This document shows, piece by piece, positions 56,057 to 64,000 of a stretch of 64,000 nucleotides of DNA. The position numbers were made by a program, and so were the translations under genes. Under the pieces are notes generated by a model, which made no database searches, was not told the DNA's origin, and saw nothing but the letters and a program-made list of their open reading frames with translations. Numbering within the stretch: the stretch's first letter is position 1; every line of letters begins with the position of its first letter. Origin of the DNA: Chrysomallon squamiferum (Eukaryota; Animalia; Mollusca); contig CM022675.1 of assembly GCA_012295275.1 (NCBI GenBank), forward strand, positions 13,392,001-13,456,000. Reading direction: 5' to 3'.

Positions 56057-56105
56057 AAAGAGAAAAGAGAAAAAAGCCGTGTTTCCTATTTATTGGGCGG
56101 CTACT
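56050..56105 (-). promoter_or_regulatory. Candidate core promoter
   Basis: Minus strand CCGCCCAATAAATAGG (GC/CCAAT/TATA-like) lies about 30-45 nt upstream of an Inr-like TTAGTT at about 56056. Confidence 0.4.
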
Positions 56106-56270
56106 CTTGTCTGTAAGCGATCGTAGTCGATGCGGGTTTTCGCAGCCGCAGAGCTGAACTCAGATACGTAGTAGAGGTGTGTGTGTGTGTGTGTGTGTGT
56201 GCACTGCGCTGATAGAGAATTGCTTACCACTAAGAGTGTGACAGTAAGAACGTGTGACCATAGTGTGACG

Positions 56271-56724
56271 TATAAACCTATGTACATCTGACAGTAGTGT
56301 GTTGTATACACCTATGTACATGTGACAGTAGTGTGTTGTATACACCTATGTGCATGTGACAGTAGTGTGTTGTATACATCTATATACATGTGACAGTAGT
56401 GTGTTGCATAAACCTATGTACATGTGTCACTGTGTTATATACACCTATGTACATGTGACAGTAGTGTGTTGTATACACCTATGTGCATGTGACAGTAGTG
56501 TGTTATATACACCTATGCACATGTGACAGTAGTGTGTTGTATACACCTATGTGCATGTGACAGTAGTGTGTTGTATACACCTATGTACATGTGACAGTAG
56601 TGTGTTATATACACCTATGTGCATGTGACAGTAGTGTGTTGTATACATTTATGTACATGTGACAGTAGTGTGTTGTATACATCTGTGTACATGTGACAGT
56701 AGTGTGTTGTATACATCTATGTAC
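56271..56724 (+). repeat. 34-bp minisatellite, about 13 copies
   Basis: Unit TATACACCTATGTACATGTGACAGTAGTGTGTTG. The period of 34 is read from GACAGTAG at 56290 and 56324. Confidence 0.93.
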
Positions 56725-59700
56725 TTATCTGTCTGCTTAACTGCTTTCTAGTTTATCTTAATCTTTGTCCGTCTGTCTTCAAGTCTCCTTTTGTATGTCT
56801 GTCTATCTGTCTATCTGTCTGTGTGTCTTTTTATTTGTTTGTTTGTTTATTTATTTATTTATTTATTTATTTATCCCTATCATCTATCTGTCTGTCCATC
56901 TATCTGTCTATCTAATTATCTATTTTATGTCTATTTTCTGTCGGTGTCTTTATCTATCTGTTTATCAGTCTGTCTCTCTGTCTGTCGGTGTGTCTATTTC
57001 ATTTTAAAACAGACATAATGTTATACAGATAAAACTACTCTGGAAAAACCTTTCACAGGATAATAAATGGATTCCTTGCATTTTTATTGATAAGAAGAAG
57101 AATATAAAAATGTGATGATGATAAATCTGTCTCAGCAATTTTCGTAGGTGGATGAAAGAACGGTTTAACTTTTGATGAGTGCAAACGTTTGCCTCATGTA
57201 TGCTGCGTACGTGTGTGTGTGCGTGTGTGCGTGTGTAAGTGTGTGTGGGGGAGTGTGTTTTTGTGTGGGTGTGTGTGTTTACGAGATTATCAGACGGCAT
57301 TTCATGCCTGTCTAACATTTTTTGTGATGATAAAGATGTTCCAGAAAAGATATTAATGATACGCGATGAGAAAATGACGTAAACAAAGAAACATATTGCA
57401 TATACACATCAGAAATATTTTTTTATATATAACTGATAAGGGGATAAGTGTATGAATCGATTAATGTACGAGGAAGGGGCTTGTGCCAACACACAAACAT
57501 CCTGACTGCCAAAACCGCAGTTTGATGCCGATAAAAGTCACACAGATGTTCCTGAGAGGGTTATACAGAAAGTCAACATCTGCCGAAACACTGACCAAGA
57601 AAAAACCGATAGAAGTCTAAAAATTATTTTGTCTTTGGGAGCACCGTTAAGGATCGTTGTCGTTGTCGCTGTTGTTGTTCTTTTGTTGTCATGTTTTTGT
57701 AGTAGTAGACATTGTAATAATAGAATGTAATGTCGTACCAATATAAAAAAAAGAAAAAAAAAAAAGAACAAACACAAGCAAACAAACAACAACAAGAAAA
57801 GAAGGCCATCTAAATCAACCACCACAACGGACCGAAACAAAAATAAAAAAAAACAAATTTACTTCATGCTAATCTACGTAACAGGCCATTTCGCTGTTGT
57901 CGTTGTCTCCTGCTTGTGGCTATCATAACAGATATAGTAAGTCTATTTAATAACACCCCTCTGATTGAATCTCGTCCTACACACACGTTCGAAACACTGA
58001 ATGTCTTGTCCGATAATACGCGCGCCGCGATAACACATTAGTGATGATCAGAATAGGAGTGACAAATACCATTAGCGTTGTCACCTAGGATATTGTTTTT
58101 GACTGCAATCTGATTACGTCACAGCGGTCACTGACTGTATCAACAACAAAAGAGAATAATAAAAATGACGTCATATGAAAAAATAGACGTCATATCAAAA
58201 CAAAACAAAACAAAACAAAACAATTATCTCCCTCCTCCCCCCAAAAAATAAAAAATAAAATAAAATAAGTAAGTAAGTAAATGATTATCTGTCATGGTCT
58301 GAGATCCGATTCAGATATGTTATTACTTTTGTTTGTGTATTACTGCTGTCGTAGTAGCACTAGTAATAATAGTTGTAGTCGTACTAGTAGTAGTCGTAAT
58401 AGTAGTTTTAGTTTTACTATCGACATCGTTTTCTTCTTTTTCTTGCCTAACTTTTGCTTTTTTCCTTCTACACTTTGTTCTGGTTAGTGTAACTTCCAGA
58501 CAGTAGTCTAGTGCCTACTTAAAAGTGAATAAAACTTTTTATTTTATTTTTTATACTTCTTTTATTTTTAAACTCGAGGTGTGGTGACGTAAAGTCGTAC
58601 ACCTGCGTCACGTAGTTATCACGTCTTTATCTTGATACTAAACCAGAGATAGCTAATAACAGCGCAGACGTTGTAAAATCTCCGCAAAAAACTACGAAGA
58701 CACGTAAGTGTTGACGGAAATGTACGACTGTTTGTGATAAGGGTTCTGTGAAATATATTTGTTGTTTATTTATTAAATTCTTTTTTTTTTGTTGTAATTT
58801 TTTTTGTTTAATTTATAAAACAGACCAAAAAGTGTTTGTCTGATAGCAGATGGAAATAAAAATATACTTGCTGTAAACATAAACACAGATATTTACAGAT
58901 TATCAGAGTTAAGTGGTCAAATACAGATAGACAGAGAGAGCTACAGAGATACATTTTTATAGTTAAAAAGAGATAGACAGAACAAGAGACAGACAGACAG
59001 TTACACAAATAGAAACATTAATATTATAATGAAGAGCAAAAAAGAAAAGAATTTAAATAAATTGAAAGAACAAGCGTTGACGATGATAATGAAATATGCA
59101 AGTAAATAAGTAAGTAGATAAGTAAATAAGACAAAAAAAAAAAGGAGTAAAATAAAAATAATAATATATGTGTCTACATCAACCGAGCAATAAAATAAAA
59201 TAAACAAAATGAAAACTCAGATAAATAAATAAAGAGGAAAAGAAAGAAAGAAACAAAGAATAAGAAAAAAAAAAAAAACAGCAAAAAATAAATAAATAAC
59301 AAACAAATTAAACAAAACAAAAACAACTTGATCCATACTGAGTCACTGAAAGGAAAGAAGAAAAAAAAAAAAAGATTAAAATCTCCTAGGATTCAGAAAA
59401 ACATGATTAATATTTTTATTTTTTCTCTCTACTTTGATAAACGGCTATTTTATTTCCCAAAACACTGATTATGGACACTCGTATAAAGATCGGCAGTCAG
59501 CAAACATTTAACTTTATGAAATCGGGAAGTTTCGTCGTATTAACGAGTTTACTAATTCCACCGAATACTTCCGAGACTTATTTTCCGGAAACTGTAAAAA
59601 ACTGACGAAGTGTTCCGATTTGTTGTTAGCGGTGTGTGATTGGTAGAGATTTCTTGTCAAGGAAATGGATTTATTAAACAGTTGGAAATACAAAATTTTT

Positions 59701-59924
59701 TTTTAAAAGATTTGATATTTAAAAACCGGTATTTTATTAGTAAATATTTTAAGAGCCAATATTGTTGAAATGAAATTATATTTGTAAACTCAATGAGATA
59801 AAATTAATTTCGATGTAAATTGTATGAAGAAAGTTCATAGTAGTTACAATATAAGATTGAAAATAAAATTAATTTAAAACAAAAATATCAGTTTATTTAT
59901 TTTTAAATTTATTGTTATTATTTC

Positions 59925-59973
<49 letters not shown>

Positions 59974-60724
59974 GTTTATTTATTTATTTATTTATTTACG
60001 ATCTTTTGCTTTCACATATATTTATATTAATACATGCAAAGATATATACATACATTAGTATCTATTACCACACATACGTACATACATACATACATACATA
60101 CATACATACAATACATACAATCAATAAATAAACAAACAAACAAATAAATAAATAAAAAACAAACAGAACAAAGCAGTTCTGTTGACTGACAGGTGTTCAC
60201 CTAGTTTAACACATTGTGCTACACGGTAAGTGGCTGTGACGTCATTTCTATTGTTTTGCCAGTCTCTACGTCACAGTACGTTCTATAACCTCATAAATAT
60301 TTCCGCAGAGCATTGTAAAACTGTAGCAGTATTGTTAATTTTGTCACATGGCTCACATCAACAGTTAGCGTGTGTTGATTCAGAAAAGTTCCCTGCTGTT
60401 AATATTAATATTGTCTGATTAAGAAACAATACACTTAGTTTATTTTCAATTCTTTCCGCGCCAATAAAACGTCAGAAGTCACTGTGCTGTCTCTCAAAGC
60501 ATTAATATTCATGTACGCCTGGGTTTTGAAATAATGAAGTTCTTAGGAAATGTATTAGGTGATGGAAAGATAGAGGGTGGAACAGGTATATATATATATA
60601 TACATACACGCACACAAAGAAACGCAGGCGCGAATACACATACTTGGAGTGCGATAAAGACAGAGAGGTATAAAAAGGAGAAATGTATTTTTGTTTTTAA
60701 TTTTTAAAGTTGACTTTCTATTTA

Positions 60725-61030
60725 AAAATGTAATATTTAATGTTCACTCTCTCTACATAAAATTATTTAATATTTTAAATTCACTCATAACAACAAGATC
60801 TTAATATTTCAAATTAACTTTTTTTTTTTTTTTTCTATACCGCACTTTAATATTTTACATTCATCTCTTTATAGCACTTTAATATTTTAAATTCACTTTC
60901 TCTGTAACTTTTTTAATATTCTAAAATAACTGTCTATGTAACTCGTTAATATCTTAAACTCTCTCTCTCTCTCTCTTTCTCTCTCTTTCGCCATAAAACT
61001 TTTAATATTCTAAATTTGCGTTTTCTATAA
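60725..61030 (+). repeat. Degenerate ~30-35-bp AT-rich repeat, core TTTAATATTTTAAATTCACT
   Basis: About 7-8 diverged recurrences. Confidence 0.55.
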
Positions 61031-61925
61031 AAAGATTTCTGCTGATGAAAGAATTTTTTCTTCCCATTTTTTTCTTCTTTTTTTCTGCTCTGTTTGGCCG
61101 CTCTTTCTGCAACAGTCTTTGAAAACTGGCGTCGCCTCATTGCTCCTGCAAATGGAGCAGGCTGCGATAAAACTTGGCAGACTCAGCGTGAACTGCCTTA
61201 CGCGGCAGTCATACACAAATATTGCCATGTAGCGTAGAAAATCGAAGCTCTATCGATTCCCCGCTGTAGTGAAATAAATAAATTAATGAACCGTCCCAGA
61301 TGAAATATGGCGTTTGTACCAATCTTGAAAGACATAAAGTACTGACCGTTCCTGCGTCACAGACACAAATGGTGGCAGATAGAGAGAGAGAGAGAGAGAG
61401 AGAGAAAAAAAAAAAAAAATCTGGGGACGCGACGTTGAATGTAAATGCTGATAGAGAATGTCAAAGATCAATGTGATTACGACTTCGTTCCTGTTTGCTT
61501 AAGGAATGGATTGCTTTTTTGTGATTTTTATGTGTTTTCTTTTATATCTGTATATATATAAACATACATTTTTTTTTTTTTTTATAAAGTTCTGGACAAA
61601 TTTGTTTCTCTTTCTTTTAGTTCTGTTTCTGACTTTGTTCTTCATCTCTGTGTATGCGTGTTTGCGTGCAAGAGTGTTTGTGTGATTGAGTGTGAGTGTT
61701 TGTTTTTATGAATATGTGTGTATGGGAGAGTATATTATATGTGTGTATGAATGTATATATGTGTGTGTATGTATGTATGTATGTTTAGATAGAGAGAGAG
61801 AGAGAGATGCTAACATACATAAACATGTACACATATACACACACAAACACACGTCTCATATAGTAACATATATGTCCTTTTCCTCTGCGACTTTCTTTCG
61901 TTTTTCTCTGTTCTCTCTCTCTCTG

Positions 61926-62036
<111 letters not shown>

Positions 62037-62663
62037 TCCTCTGTCGCTATCTTACTTCCTCGTTAACAAAGTATTTCTTGTTCACGTGCGCGGAATGACC
62101 TCATCTGAGTGAATTACGTCATCAAAACATCAGTTAGGCATTTTACTCAGTTCCTCCGAACATTAAAGTTAACTTCAGAAAAGGATGAAGTTGTATTTGC
62201 GTAATAAAAACGCTACATTAGTTACATCTTTTAATTTAACTGGTTATCTTTTAACTAATTAAGTTTGTACTTCGGCTATTAAAGAGTTCACGTTTTTATT
62301 TGTTTAAACCTGAAATATTCAACGTAAAAGTTACAACAGTTCTAAAGCCAATTAAGAGGAACGTGCGATTCATTAATTTGTCACGTGATTGTTTTATAAA
62401 TTTTTATAAAATACTTTTATCTTTTCTGTTTTATCGGGTAATGTTCTCTTAAAGTGATCTGAAAATCCAGGAAAGAAAAACTGGTTTGCATCGTAGCATT
62501 CATTTATGTCTTGGTGTATGCGGGACTGTAGCTTTTCGCTATCCCTCTTTCTTTTTGTCTCTGAATTTATCCATTTCTCTCTTTCACACTCTTTCACTCT
62601 CACCGTCACCCCTCTCTGTCTCTATGTTTTCCACTCCTTCTTTCTCTCAATATCTGTCTGATC

Positions 62664-63008
<345 letters not shown>

Positions 63009-63819
63009 AAGTAGCTGCATTTCTACGAACGTCTCTCTCTGACAGCCTGTCTTCATAATCTTTCTTTCCCCGAGATTTTAAAAATTCCCACAGCATCTCT
63101 CTCCTCATTTCAGTTTCAGTCCTCGACTCAGACTTACATCACCAGACAACACATCCTTTCTCCGTTTTTTTTTTTTGATTATTTTTTTTTTTATCTACTA
63201 TATATCTGTCTGACTGTCTGTCAACTCTCATACAGGATGGGCAGTGTAAACACACGGAAACGTTCTTTTTCTTCCTAATCAAACAAATTTCATCTTGAAA
63301 TTTATATCTACCGAAACATAATGGTTCCCCTGTTTGCAAATTCTGGATCCACCCTTGATATCTGCTTCCCCATCTGCACTGCTTTCACTTTCTGTGTTTC
63401 AAAGTTATCAGTGCTCAACACGTCTTCTCTCTGTTTATTTCCTATTTTCTGCACATTCTCGTGTGTGCGTGTGGGGTCGTCGTCTATTTTTGTCCATTTG
63501 TCTGTCAGTTTGTTTTTGTTTCGATTTGCTTATCTTATGTCTAGCCTTCTAAATCAATATTTTGAATCTTTTTTTTTTTTTTTTTTTTTTGATTATCAGC
63601 TTCGATGACGTCACCGATGTCAGCATTATCGTTATTGTTTTTCTCTCATCATCATTGTCGTCAGTACATGTCTTTCAGAATGATTTTTTTTGTTTTGTTC
63701 CGTGATCAGATATTTATCATCATCATCATCAACACAAACATATTACTGTTCTTTCTGTTACTCTACAGGGCGCTGGTATTAAATTGGGTTGTGTGAATTT
63801 GTTACTCTCTTTAGCACTT

Positions 63820-63926
<107 letters not shown>

Positions 63927-64000
63927 GACAGAGAGACAGAATAACAAACTGTTTATTAACTATAATTATTAACTGTATTTACTAACGTATCGATACGCAA

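Overview
AT-rich, microsatellite-dense animal genomic DNA, probably a mollusc. That assignment is inferred from an EGF-EGF-ZP shell-matrix-type gene and TTAGGG telomeric repeats. Two protein-coding genes converge tail to tail. (1) A + strand EGF-EGF-ZP-TM gene has 9 exons visible from 652 to 6131; its signal-peptide exon was not found in the window. It carries an apparent 1-nt frameshift exactly at the furin site and an atypical ZP-C cysteine pattern. (2) A - strand B-type (GAR-2/mAChR-B-like) muscarinic acetylcholine receptor has an intronless CDS at 21548-23629. Its candidate non-coding first exon and promoter lie about 32 kb upstream, near 55.7-56.1 kb. Between the genes is a ~3 kb interstitial telomeric block: a ~180-bp telomere-containing satellite with an internal inversion, followed by ~1.5 kb of (CCCTAA)n. 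Also present are two copies of a tRNA-derived SINE, two MITEs, several minisatellites and local duplications, and an excess of TGACGTCA/bZIP-type palindromes. Almost all other ORFs in the supplied track are microsatellite translations. Several signs point to long-read consensus errors, so single-base claims need checking against reads.
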